A stretch of DNA of 63,947 nt, the filler included. It is 12 parts of 12 records of this genome, joined end to end, with 100 filler letters (N's around TTAATTAATTAA, not from the genome) between each part and the next. Parts side by side here need not be neighbours in the genome. Positions count along the whole stretch, not along the records: positions 33,198 to 40,071 come from SRR15195285_2092; positions 40,172 to 43,679 come from SRR15195285_2094; 10 more parts are not named here. One strand, given 5' to 3'. The position numbers and the translations under genes are program-made. The notes beneath the pieces are model-generated. The model made no database searches, had not been told where the DNA came from, and saw nothing but the letters and a program-made list of their open reading frames with translations. Each line of letters starts with the position of its first letter. Within the stretch, counting starts at the first letter, position 1. Of this stretch, positions 33,275-43,466 are shown in pieces.

Positions 33275-35290
33275 ATGTTCGCTGGCGGCGGCCTGAACGG
33301 CACCTCGTGGCCGGGCGGTGTCAACGACGTCAACGCGGTGTTCCAGCACAAGGGCGTCTGGCATGTCATGCACCAGTGTGACGGCGGGGATGCCGGCGTG
33401 CCGTGTGGCGGCGGGTGGGAAGGGCCGACCATTCATCCGAACCCACGGACGCAGACATTTTACCACTCGTGGGGACATGTCGTTAGCACGGATCTGGTGC
33501 GGTGGAAACGGGTGTCTGATGCACTGGCGCCGAACACCACGAATTTCGAGCACGGCGCAGACTGTGACGGCAGTGTCTCCTTTCCGGCCGGGCTGGGGCC
33601 GGTGATGATGTATGGTCCTGGCTGCGGCTACCACGGCCCTGACAATGCTAATCATATCGAGCTGGGTGACGCACCGGTCGTGGGTGTTGCCCTGCCAGAG
33701 AATGCTTCGGATCCTGAGCTCGAACACTGGGTGCGGAGCCCGGATCGCCCGGTGTCCTTTGCTGCCACCTCGCCGCCGTGCTCCTTCGCAGGCAGCGTCT
33801 GGCAGCACGACGACCACTGGAGTCTGCTGTGCACGGCCGACGGCACACGAGCACGGTACACGGCACCAAGTGCACCAGGCCTAGCAAGCCTGGCCGGACC
33901 GTGGTCACGGGTTGACGCGGCATTCGGTGGCAACAGGAGTGGTGGGAACATCGGTGGCAACTCTGGCCCGGCCTTCCTGCCACTCCTGCCGCCATCGCCG
34001 GCTGCGCAGCAGCAGCAGCAGTTCCAAGGACAGCAGCCGACGCACATTATGAGCGATGGTTCCGGATCGACGTTCTCCGTCGGCATTTTCGACCAGCAGA
34101 CGGAGATGTTTCGTGCCACTGCACACTTCCAACTGGACCACGGCCAACTAGCCTGGACGGCGGGAGGGCTTGCAGACGATGGGCGGGTGCTACTCGTGGG
34201 CTGGGTGGCTGGTGGAAACGACCCTCCCACCCACGCGGCAGGCTGCCCGACGGTCGGCGGGATCAAGGTTTGCGGAGTGCAGACAGAGTCAGCGGTTCGC
34301 GTGCTGTCATGGGAGGCAGGCACACAGCAGCTGCTGGCGTACCCACCTGCAGAAATGGCAGGGCTGAGGAATGCAACCCTCTGCAACCAGTCGGCGGTGG
34401 TGCTGAGGCAGCGGCATGGATCAGCGGCAGCGCACATGCTACCATTTCCAGAGGGTACGGGGGCGGCAATCGACTTGGAGATTGAAGTTGCCCTGCCTGC
34501 TGTATCGGCCCCAGGGTTTTCGTTCGGCGTCCGCGTTTTTGCCACACGACGTCCTCGGGATGACGAAATTATCATGACCACAAGCCAGCCGAGAGTCCTG
34601 AATGGCACCAACTTCCGCGGTGGCAATGTCGGCTTCCAACCGCTGCCGGCCGCCACCTCTGATCCAGCTGGGCATTTGATCTGTTCCAAACTCTGCGAGG
34701 CGTGGTCCAACTGCAGTGCGTGGGTGCTGGTCAAGGCTGGTGAGAGCATAGGGAGAGGAGCAGGGTGCGCTCTGAAGGGCCAGAGCTACTGCGTGAATGC
34801 ACCGAGCCACCCTTGCGATGGGTGTGAGGACGAAGGTGGGATGGCTGGACGGTGCTACTGCGATGCCGGGATCAAACCTGGCTTCACGCCACCGGCTCCT
34901 GGCAAGTGTGGCGGTCCGAAGCCGTCTGGCCCAGCGTTGCCACCTAACAGCTCAGACGATGGAGTGGGCGTGGTGGTGCAAGTCTCAGCCGCCACACAGA
35001 ATGGGTCCCGCCTCTGCTCGCTCATCGTGAACAAGCAAGTCCGTGGGACGTTCCTGGTGCTGGCTGGCGAGTTGTCCATGGCAGTGCGTGTGCTGGTTGA
35101 CCGCTCAATTGCTGAGTTCTTCTTCGCTGGTGGCAGAGCTGTCTACACTGCGCGGTCATACCCAGAGGTTGGGGCTGATGGGGCCGAGTTGTTCGTGCCA
35201 AGTGTAGTGGGCGCAGGTGACGAGGTGCAGAGCGATGTGGTGGTTGTCAAGGCCGTGGCCTGGGAGATGGGGTGCGGGTGGGTGGATTGA
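33275..35290 (+). CDS. GH32-like beta-propeller protein with inserted PAN/apple module
   Basis: Motifs NDVNAVFQHKGVWHVMHQ, SWGHVVSTDLVRW, DGSVS, GRVLLVGW and VLVDRSIAEFFFAGGR. PAN-like CSKLCEAWSNCSAWV...CALK. Confidence 0.8.
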   Translation: MFAGGGLNGTSWPGGVNDVNAVFQHKGVWHVMHQCDGGDAGVPCGGGWEGPTIHPNPRTQTFYHSWGHVVSTDLVRWKRVSDALAPNTTNFEHGADCDGSVSFPAGLGPVMMYGPGCGYHGPDNANHIELGDAPVVGVALPENASDPELEHWVRSPDRPVSFAATSPPCSFAGSVWQHDDHWSLLCTADGTRARYTAPSAPGLASLAGPWSRVDAAFGGNRSGGNIGGNSGPAFLPLLPPSPAAQQQQQFQGQQPTHIMSDGSGSTFSVGIFDQQTEMFRATAHFQLDHGQLAWTAGGLADDGRVLLVGWVAGGNDPPTHAAGCPTVGGIKVCGVQTESAVRVLSWEAGTQQLLAYPPAEMAGLRNATLCNQSAVVLRQRHGSAAAHMLPFPEGTGAAIDLEIEVALPAVSAPGFSFGVRVFATRRPRDDEIIMTTSQPRVLNGTNFRGGNVGFQPLPAATSDPAGHLICSKLCEAWSNCSAWVLVKAGESIGRGAGCALKGQSYCVNAPSHPCDGCEDEGGMAGRCYCDAGIKPGFTPPAPGKCGGPKPSGPALPPNSSDDGVGVVVQVSAATQNGSRLCSLIVNKQVRGTFLVLAGELSMAVRVLVDRSIAEFFFAGGRAVYTARSYPEVGADGAELFVPSVVGAGDEVQSDVVVVKAVAWEMGCGWVD

Positions 35291-35540
35291 GAGTCCTTTA
35301 AGCAAGCTCGTTGTTTGTTTCTATCGAACCCATCTGGCTGCAAGCCTTTTTGGTCGCACGTTGTAATATCTTTAGGGCAGCTTCGCTTTGTGACACTCCA
35401 CATTTGCGGAGCTTCCCCGACCCGGCTACAAAGGACCATAGCCTACATGCCCTATGTTGCCACCACGCATAGAAGGGGCCAGTAGCCAATGGCAAACCGG
35501 AGCGGGCCCAACAGTCCTCTAGGATCATAGTTCTCTACGG

Positions 35541-35624
35541 ACTAATAAGTCCTACTAATAAGTCCTAATAATGATAGTCCTCCAAGGAGTGTCACACTTG
35601 TCAAGTCAAGTGTGACACTCCTTG
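35541..35624. repeat. 13-bp tandem repeat followed by a perfect 18-bp inverted repeat
   Basis: ACTAATAAGTCCT occurs twice plus one degenerate copy (35541-35581). CAAGGAGTGTCACACTTG-tcaagt-CAAGTGTGACACTCCTTG lies at 35583-35624. Confidence 0.9.
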
Positions 35625-35792
35625 CCCTGGCTGGGATCCGGGGTTAACGTCATCGCTTTGTGCGGCGAGGTCGCATATTTTCGCACTGCAGGGTCCTGAA
35701 TGCTTGACTTCGATGACGCGGCCGTGGATCCGCGCAATTGCAATTGAATATATAATGCCGCGCGCGCGCGCGACTGGCCGGCGCCGCCGGCG

Positions 35793-38700
35793 ATGATGCG
35801 GCTCCACATCCTGCTGCTCTCATCGCTGGTGGCGACGTGTGCACACCAGCAGCCGTCGTCCGCCAGCGACGACGGCCCGGACTGGTCCGCCTTCCTCGCA
35901 CGCAGCGATCCGATCAACAGGTTCACCACCGCCGAACCGCTGACGCTGCCCGACGAGTGGCTGGAGGCGGCATTCACCGGCAACGCGATGCTTGGCACGC
36001 AGGTGCTCGTCTGCCCTGGTGGCATTTGTCGTCAGAGCCTGCTGACGGGCTCCAACAGCAGCCGGCCTCCCGCCGGCAAGCCACTCCAAGTCGTCCTGCC
36101 AGTTGCTCGGGGCGACGTCAGCGACATTCGCGCGGGCAACGAGAGCGTGGTCTGCACGGAGTGGCACAGCAAGATCACTTGCGCTGGCTCCCCTATCTGG
36201 TCGCAGCCGAAGCTCGGGATCGGTGCGCTGGTGCTGCGACCGACCCGCGGCGCGATCGTGGGCGGCGCGATCCGCACGCACCTGCACAACGCGACCATCA
36301 GCGTGCTGGTGAACACAACGCTCGGTCGCGTCTCCTTCCGGGTCTATGTGCACGCGCAGCGCCAGCTGCTGGTGATCGATGGGCTCAGCGGCAGCGGTGG
36401 CGAGGCCGGGCAGCCGCTGCACTGGGACTTTCGCCCGGCGCCGGCACTGCCACCAGGCCTCTTCAGCGAGCTCAAGGACCCCGCGACCAACTTCACGCGC
36501 TTCGTTGGAGCCACACCACCCAGCAGCTACACGCCAAACCCAGACCCTGTGTGCTCAGGCAGCCACACCACAGGCCGTTGCGAGCAATCCCTGCTCGCCT
36601 CACCTGAGGGGCGCGGGTGGGTGACGGCGTGGAGGGCGGAAGCTGACCGTGGGGGAGGAGGCGTGGAGAAGCTACTGTTGACAGTCACCAGCGACATCCC
36701 TGTGCGCGTTGGGATCAAGCCGAAGGCCGTCCGGGCGGCTGGCGAGGCCACTAGCGTACTGTCCCTGGCTGCTGCGTCGCTGGGTACGCTCGCTGCCGAG
36801 CACGCGCGCTGGTGGCAAGACTTCTACTGGTCGGACGCTTCTGGCTCGTTCATTAGCCTCCCGGCGGCTGGCGCGCAGATCGAGCAGTTCCACTGGATCC
36901 AAGCATTCAAAATTGGCGCTGAGAATGCGTGCCGCCGCTTCGTCGACTCTGCGTTCGAAGCGGGTGTGCTCGACAACTGCATGCTGCTCGACGGCCTGAA
37001 CTTCATCGGACCGATGCAGAAGACGAAGTATCCGCACGCCATATGGGACCTGAACGTAGAGGCAGCTCAGTACGGTTCGCTCTCAGCCAATTATGTTGAG
37101 CAGACTCTGGCCCTCACCAGGCGGGTGCCTGAGCAGCTCAACAACATGATCGTCAGTGTTCCACCCGATCTCCGCAACGACTCAGCCTCGATATACATGA
37201 ACACCGCCGCGTTCAGCTTCCTGAACGAGGCGGCGATCGATCGCTGCGATTTTCCATTGTGCTCAGATTCAAACGTGTCAGCGGTACCCGATCTACCGAA
37301 ACTCACACGGCCTTGCAGTGCGGAAAACAAGGACGCGCTCTCGTGCTACTTCGGCGGCCTGCCTTGGGTGTGTCATGGCATCTGGCTGGTGTACCGGCAC
37401 ACAATGGACGAAGGCATCTTGCGAGCCTTGATGCCTGTGCTCAAGCGGGCCACGGCGCTGTACCTGCACACCGCCGTGCACAACTCAACGGACAGAAAGC
37501 TTCACCTCCCAATGACGTTCAGTCCTGAGTATGCGACGTTAGCTGACTGTACTTTTGACCTGGCCCTGTTCCGCTGGTGCTTGCAAACCTCCATCCACAT
37601 CGGATCGGCCTTACTGCCGGGCAGTGCCAGTCTGGACGAACTCACGAGCTGGCGAGTGGCACTGCAGCAGCTTGCACCGCCGCAGGTCGACCCCAAGACA
37701 GGCTCGCTTATGATCGGCGAGGGCGTTCCGCTGCATTCCGGTCTCAAGATGTGGTCGCACATCTTCTCTGTCTTTCCCCTGGGTCAGCTAGACTGGCATG
37801 CTAGTCCGAAGGATCGTGAGCTGTGGACGAAGAGTCTTGAGCTCTTTAAGTTCTTCAATAATCCGGAGCGGTGTTCGAGTCCATCCTGTGTTGATGGCGA
37901 AAGCAGCCCAGCCGGCACCGTACAGAGCCGCGAGGGTTTCGCTTACCTATCGATGGGCTTGCTCACGATGCTGACTAAGCCATCGCTGCCGGGCGGTGCT
38001 CCTGCAGACTGGGCGGACTGGGGCCTTGGCAACGTGACCGAGCGCTTTTTCAAGCCGCTGCACGTGCCACAGCTTGGCGTGGGAACGATGTATGCAGATC
38101 ATGCCGCGTGTGGCCCCGTCCCAGGCTGCCGTGAAGGCATGGCGGGCCCGTGCAACGAGTCGCCGATTATGGCTTCCCTGGCTCTGCAACAGATGTTGCT
38201 GCAGTCATGGAACGGTCGACCCATTGCCGTCTTTCCGGCGGTGCCAGCATCGTGGAAACACGCGCGATTCGCACGGATGCGAGCGGAGGGGGCCGTGCTC
38301 ATCGACGCCGTGCGTGACAACTTCACCACAATCTTCGTAGCATTGAATGCTACCATTGGAGGCAATGTCTCAGTACATACGACGATAACAGATTTGGTCA
38401 GCTCCAATGCTGAGGTGACTGTGAATCCGTCGGTGACGCCCAGCGGCGAAGCAGCAGCAGGGGTTTTCGACCTGTCGGTCAATCACGGTCAGCCGTGGGC
38501 AGCGGTGCTCTACTCGAAGGCGCGAGGGCCACCTTCGGCAGAGGAACTTGGTCTGGCGAGGACACCCTTGCCTCCGGGAGCGAGCAACCTGTGGGGCTCG
38601 AGGGTACCCGGCAACTGGACTCCACCATCGCCACCGGCTCCGCCATCGCCATCGCCACCGGCTCCGGCTCCGGCTCCGCTGCCACCCCTGCCGCCATGCG

Positions 38701-39002
38701 CTCATTCGACTGGATGTGCTGGTTGTGGCGGCTGCAAGTGGCCGTACGCGAATGCGACGCTGCCCGAACCGAAACAGCCCGTCTCAGGCAGCCTGACGGG
38801 CGCAACGACTCTGGCGTGCGAAGCCAAGTGTGGAGCGATGGCCGACTGCGCTGGCTTTACGCGCAAGCACGCCGAGAAGGACTGCTACTTCTACTCGAAG
38901 GCCCAGGTCTCCGGGCTCTTCTCGCACACTCGGCCAGACGTATCGTGGCATCCGAACCCGCAATCAGGCTTGCCTCTTCAGTTTCAGTTAGGTAAGGACT
39001 GA
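35793..39002 (+). CDS. GH95-like (alpha-L-fucosidase-related) secreted glycosidase with C-terminal PAN module
   Basis: Signal peptide, WLEAAFTGNAMLG, HARWWQDFY, WDLN, SPEY, MLLQSW..IAVFPAVPASW..FARMRAEGA, a Pro linker and CEAKC...CAGF...CYFY. Confidence 0.8.
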   Translation: MMRLHILLLSSLVATCAHQQPSSASDDGPDWSAFLARSDPINRFTTAEPLTLPDEWLEAAFTGNAMLGTQVLVCPGGICRQSLLTGSNSSRPPAGKPLQVVLPVARGDVSDIRAGNESVVCTEWHSKITCAGSPIWSQPKLGIGALVLRPTRGAIVGGAIRTHLHNATISVLVNTTLGRVSFRVYVHAQRQLLVIDGLSGSGGEAGQPLHWDFRPAPALPPGLFSELKDPATNFTRFVGATPPSSYTPNPDPVCSGSHTTGRCEQSLLASPEGRGWVTAWRAEADRGGGGVEKLLLTVTSDIPVRVGIKPKAVRAAGEATSVLSLAAASLGTLAAEHARWWQDFYWSDASGSFISLPAAGAQIEQFHWIQAFKIGAENACRRFVDSAFEAGVLDNCMLLDGLNFIGPMQKTKYPHAIWDLNVEAAQYGSLSANYVEQTLALTRRVPEQLNNMIVSVPPDLRNDSASIYMNTAAFSFLNEAAIDRCDFPLCSDSNVSAVPDLPKLTRPCSAENKDALSCYFGGLPWVCHGIWLVYRHTMDEGILRALMPVLKRATALYLHTAVHNSTDRKLHLPMTFSPEYATLADCTFDLALFRWCLQTSIHIGSALLPGSASLDELTSWRVALQQLAPPQVDPKTGSLMIGEGVPLHSGLKMWSHIFSVFPLGQLDWHASPKDRELWTKSLELFKFFNNPERCSSPSCVDGESSPAGTVQSREGFAYLSMGLLTMLTKPSLPGGAPADWADWGLGNVTERFFKPLHVPQLGVGTMYADHAACGPVPGCREGMAGPCNESPIMASLALQQMLLQSWNGRPIAVFPAVPASWKHARFARMRAEGAVLIDAVRDNFTTIFVALNATIGGNVSVHTTITDLVSSNAEVTVNPSVTPSGEAAAGVFDLSVNHGQPWAAVLYSKARGPPSAEELGLARTPLPPGASNLWGSRVPGNWTPPSPPAPPSPSPPAPAPAPLPPLPPCAHSTGCAGCGGCKWPYANATLPEPKQPVSGSLTGATTLACEAKCGAMADCAGFTRKHAEKDCYFYSKAQVSGLFSHTRPDVSWHPNPQSGLPLQFQLGKD

Positions 39003-39330
39003 TGAGGTGGCGCAGACAAGGCAACGGTAGAGAGCCGAGTGGACGGCAGTGAGAGTGTGAGAATCAGTCTACGAGACGCAAGTGTCCGACCGCGCGGCCT
39101 GCCGTCGCCTGCTGGAATTCGGACAACCACTACTACAAGTGCTGCGGCCGCATATCGCAGCAATGCACACATTAATGTAATGCTTCGGGTGTGGTTGCCC
39201 AGTCTACGTTGACTCTAGCTTGCCCAGGGCTGTGTGAGAAAGCTAGCCACTTGTCTAAACGCACATATCCCATAGCGGCAGCTAACGAGCATGTATCCCA
39301 GCTGGAATGCCGGTGTTTTGATTAACCGCC

Positions 39331-39396
39331 GCGGTCACCCGCGTGGGTGCGTGCGGTCACCCACGTGGGTGCGTGCGGTCACCCGCGTGGGTGCGT
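39331..39396. repeat. 3 x 22-bp tandem repeat with palindromic core
   Basis: GCGGTCACCCRCGTGGGTGCGT occurs three times. Confidence 0.9.
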
Positions 39397-40634
39397 CTCC
39401 CAGCGCATGGCGCGCGACGTTGTACATCAGCTGGCACGCGTACTGGTTTAGGTCTATTGCCGCCGCTTTCCGTGACGTCACGGCCGGTCGTCGGGCCGGC
39501 CAAGTCGCGACGGCACGAGGAGGCCGCTACGCCCGCGTGGAGCCAGAATGATGCGGACCGCCATGCACCGTGCCATGGCACCCCTGCCAGCGGTTCCCGC
39601 CTCAGGGTTGATGCAGGGTTGAGAGCTTTTCACTGCATTTACGACGAGGGGTGAGCCCCAAATTTTTTTTGCTGCGCAGCGCTTTCCCACATCAACGTTG
39701 CTATATCAGCACCACGAGAGAGCCGTCCGTGCCGGTGGCTTGCGGTTGCATACCGTGCGCGCCGCAGGCGCGACCTCCGGCGCCTTGTTCGGCTGCTTGT
39801 CGAATCCATTGTGCAAAATCGAGACCGCTCGGGGAAACAATCACAGATCCTGTCTCGCAGCCCCACTATGCAAGCTGTCTCGCCGGCCCCTTGGAACGGA
39901 TCACGAAGACCCAGATCAAGCCCAGCCACGCCCTCGGCAGCCCCCTGTAGCGCGCGCGGCAGCAACAAACGTAGGGCATCGCGGGGGTCAAGGGGGCTGG
40001 CCCCCTTGCAGTCAGGAAATTTTCAGGATCTGACTCGAGTCGACTGCAGAATTCTCGTAACTCTTGACTGCNNNNNNNNNNNNNNNNNNNNNNNNNNNNN
40101 NNNNNNNNNNNNNNNTTAATTAATTAANNNNNNNNNNNNNNNNNNNNNNNNNNNNNNNNNNNNNNNNNNNNACTCCGCGGAGTGTTGAATTCTGAGCCAG
40201 CATGGGTGAGAATTTGTGTTTGATGAACTAATCTCGGAGTCATTTATGGTGGGTGGCTGTTATTTCGTATGTAGAATTGTGCGGATGAACGTGAGTTTGG
40301 GGAGAGCTGTCAGGTCAGAAATTGGAGCGGACCGCGCGATCGCCGCTGATGTGCCCCGGTGAGTCGACGGCCGGATGGGCCGCTCCCGGTACTGTACTAT
40401 GAATAGTAGGAATCCTACTAAGATGATCTTCGGAATATTATCACCACGGGCAGACTCTGAGTCTCCCCGTATCACCGATCACGGCAGTTAATTTAATTCG
40501 CACCGGGTTGGACTCGATCCCGTTACCTTTTACAGGGCAGCCTTGTGTGTCATGACATCGCCGCCATTCCCAAGCCAGACCCAAGCGTCGCATAGTATTG
40601 ACTAAATTCAGCAGGAAAATGTGTATATGAAGTA

Positions 40635-41211
40635 ATGGAAAAAATTGAACGGGAACACGCCGAATGCCTGGTCGTTTTGCGCAGGCGCCGAGCGAGGGGC
40701 GACTCACGAGGCGCTGCTGCGGCGCCGAAACGCACTAAAACCGGCCACATCTCCACTGCTGGTGCCGTGAGCATAGGTCCGAGCGCCCTCGATCGGAAGG
40801 ACGGGACCGTCCGCGGCCCTGTGCGAAGCGGCTGCTCCATCTGCGCGCTACGCTGCGAGCCTCGGCGCTGGCAGTGGCCTCCGTCCTTGGGGTTGACTGC
40901 CGTTTTGACGCCTCTCTGAGGTGGGTGTGGCGATATTTCTTCGTCGTGTGTGGTAGGTCAGCGTGCCTGGTCGGTATGTGCAGCAGCCTGTCATAGCTAC
41001 CAAGGCAGGCAAGGTGCTCGAGCCTATGCTCCCGGCATCAGGACGGGAGCGGTGGCCAGTTTGCGTGCCTTTTGGCGGGCACGCGCAGACTTACCGCCAG
41101 ATCAGCCAGACTGTCGTAGATGAGCTCGAGACGGAGGACTGGCGGCTATCGCTGCCGTCAACGCCCACCAGATTCGTCGTCAATAAGGAGCTAGGTCTAT
41201 TGGTCGGGTGA
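40635..41211 (+). CDS. Possible small spliced hypothetical protein
   Basis: An ATG at 40635, a GTGAG donor near 40767 and a TAG acceptor near 40956 lead into ORF 40963-41211. No recognisable domain. Confidence 0.3.
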
Positions 41212-41474
41212 GCGGATCGCACCTGCGTGCTCGTGCTTCTCTCCGACTCGATACGTCCCAAATGGAGGTGAATCCACGCTCAGGCCAGGTACCACAGGTG
41301 GAGTGACGAGGCTACCACAGTGGCTGGCCGCGCTAGTATACAACTCGCTGCCAAGGTCGCTTACTGTAAGATGAGCAATGACGATGCCAAACGCCTTTGG
41401 AAAACAAGATATCGACTCTGAATCGTCTCACATAGTACATTTCATTCCGTTCGGATCGCTCGGCATAAGCTTGC

Positions 41475-43466
41475 TCACCGGCGGCCGAATGCCCCGATTA
41501 TGCCGTAAACTAGTAGCCCGCTTGCAACGCCCAGCGTCACACCTACTGCAGCTGCCTCAATCTTCTCAGCAGTGTCCAGCTCCGCCACCTTTTCGCTGAT
41601 GGCCGCCTCCGTGCCAGCGCCTTGTGCAGCGCACGCCTTGCGAAGGTCTGCAGCCGTCGCGTGCAAGAGCTTCATCCTGTCAGGATCACGTGCGTTCCCC
41701 GCACCTGCTGCATCGCTCAGAAGCTTTTTGGCCTTGAGCAACGCATCGCGCCGTGGGTTGGGCCTCTCCAGGTTCGCAACCTCATTCTCGATCCGGTCCA
41801 ACCTCTGCACGATGCGCACCACTGCCGCCATCTCCTCTTTGCCGGCCGCCCCAAGCTCCGCCGCGCTCACATTCTTTATTGCCTGGGAAATTGACTCGGT
41901 GTTAGGTGCCGATGGCGGGATATCGTCGGTCTTCGGCTTGTTTAAGTAGATGCTAATGAGGCCCAGCGCCCAAGCCGCTGCACCAGCACCTACCATATGT
42001 GGAACCGAGAGCTTGTCAAGCGAGAGGCCACCAGGGAGCGCGAAGCCGCCCAGAGCAGACCCCACGCTACTACCTGTGCCACCTGCCTCTGTGCCGCCGC
42101 TCCCTCCGCCCACACTACTGTTAGCCTCCGGTGTAGTCTTCGTCGGTACTTGCTTGCTGAGCGGCGCTGCCTTGGGCTCCGCTTTTGGATCTGCCTTGGG
42201 CTCCGCTTTGACAGAGCTCTCCATTTTCGCCACCTCGACTTCGGCTGGAGTTTTTGGTGCCACTGCCACCCTCGACCTTGCGCTAGTCGCCTCTTTGAGC
42301 TGCTGTACCACATCCAGCTTTGAGCGCGTGCTCACTGGACTATACCGCGGCCCCGTTGGTGCGGCAATGATTGAAGTGTCGTGCACGGGAGCGAGCTGCC
42401 CTGCGCCTGTGTGCATCGTCGGCGTCGGCCTGGGACCCCGTGGCATGGTGCGCGAGCTAGGCGCCGCCAAAATCGTCCGATTTGGGCGCGTTGGCAGCGC
42501 TGCAAGGTCCTCCAGCAGTGCACTGGTCGGCTGCGGTGCAGCTGGTGGCGCAGCTGGCGGCGAAGCTGGTGGTGCGGGTGCGGGGACATGCTTTGGAACA
42601 GGCTTTGGCAGAGCACCCGCCTCGACTAGCACCTCAGCTAGCTTTCCTGACGCATGGGCGGCAATGGTATCGTCCGCCCCTCCGATAAAGTTCCCGTCCA
42701 CGAACACACGTGGCACACTGCGCGCTCCGGTAAGGTCCTTCAAATGATCTTGCATAGCATCCATCCGCTGCGGCTGGAGAAGGTCGAGCTCGACAATATG
42801 CGGCTTCTGTGTCAGACCTAGCTTGTCGAACATGGCCACAACGTCCTTGCAGTGGGGGCAGAACGTCTTAGAAAATAGGACCACAGGCGCCTCGGCTAAG
42901 GCTTCGCTGACCATGCCGGGCGCTTCGAGCACCGCAGCCGTGGGCTGGACGAGCTGCGGAACACGCGGGCCCTTTCGCGGCGCAGCCGGAGCTGCGCTCG
43001 CTGCTTGCGGGCGGTCGCCTCTCTTCAGGGTGGATAGCGCCGCTACGACGTCGGTCGTACTAGCCCGTAGCTTTCCTTGCACTGTCGCCGGGATTTTCGC
43101 CACCACGGGCTCGCCCAGCGCAGGTCTTGGTGCCAGCTCGCCGCTTCCGGTGTACAGCGACGGCGTGCCGCGAGGTGCGCGTAAGGTGCCCTCTTTGGTG
43201 CGGTGCTCGAGGATGGCATCAATCAGCTCGGCCTTTCGCTTGTGGCGCATCCCTCCACTCATACTCACATTATCGGTGCGGACGATCTCCTTCAGCTGCG
43301 GCACAGTCAGCGACTGCAAGTCGCGCTGTGCCGCCGCCGCCGCCGCACTGTGCTCCCGCCGTGCCATCGGAGCCGCCGAGGTGCGCAGCACCACCGGCTT
43401 CGCCGCCAGCCCCCGTACCACCACCCCTCTCCGCACCACTCCCCCTCTCCGCATCGTCACTCGCAT
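41475..43466 (-). CDS. Multidomain dithiol glutaredoxin: Rho-N/SAP-like HeH + Grx (CPHC) + two TM segments
   Basis: Motifs FSKTFCPHC and SVPRVFVDGNFIGGADD; HeH-like LQSLTVPQLKE...KAELIDAIL; Arg-rich N-terminal presequence; two hydrophobic segments in the C-terminal third. Confidence 0.85.
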   Translation of the reverse strand: MRVTMRRGGVVRRGVVVRGLAAKPVVLRTSAAPMARREHSAAAAAAQRDLQSLTVPQLKEIVRTDNVSMSGGMRHKRKAELIDAILEHRTKEGTLRAPRGTPSLYTGSGELAPRPALGEPVVAKIPATVQGKLRASTTDVVAALSTLKRGDRPQAASAAPAAPRKGPRVPQLVQPTAAVLEAPGMVSEALAEAPVVLFSKTFCPHCKDVVAMFDKLGLTQKPHIVELDLLQPQRMDAMQDHLKDLTGARSVPRVFVDGNFIGGADDTIAAHASGKLAEVLVEAGALPKPVPKHVPAPAPPASPPAAPPAAPQPTSALLEDLAALPTRPNRTILAAPSSRTMPRGPRPTPTMHTGAGQLAPVHDTSIIAAPTGPRYSPVSTRSKLDVVQQLKEATSARSRVAVAPKTPAEVEVAKMESSVKAEPKADPKAEPKAAPLSKQVPTKTTPEANSSVGGGSGGTEAGGTGSSVGSALGGFALPGGLSLDKLSVPHMVGAGAAAWALGLISIYLNKPKTDDIPPSAPNTESISQAIKNVSAAELGAAGKEEMAAVVRIVQRLDRIENEVANLERPNPRRDALLKAKKLLSDAAGAGNARDPDRMKLLHATAADLRKACAAQGAGTEAAISEKVAELDTAEKIEAAAVGVTLGVASGLLVYGIIGAFGRR

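Noticed and set aside
39331-39396. CRISPR array
   Set aside because: The units are directly adjacent with no unique spacers, there are no cas genes, and the context is eukaryotic.
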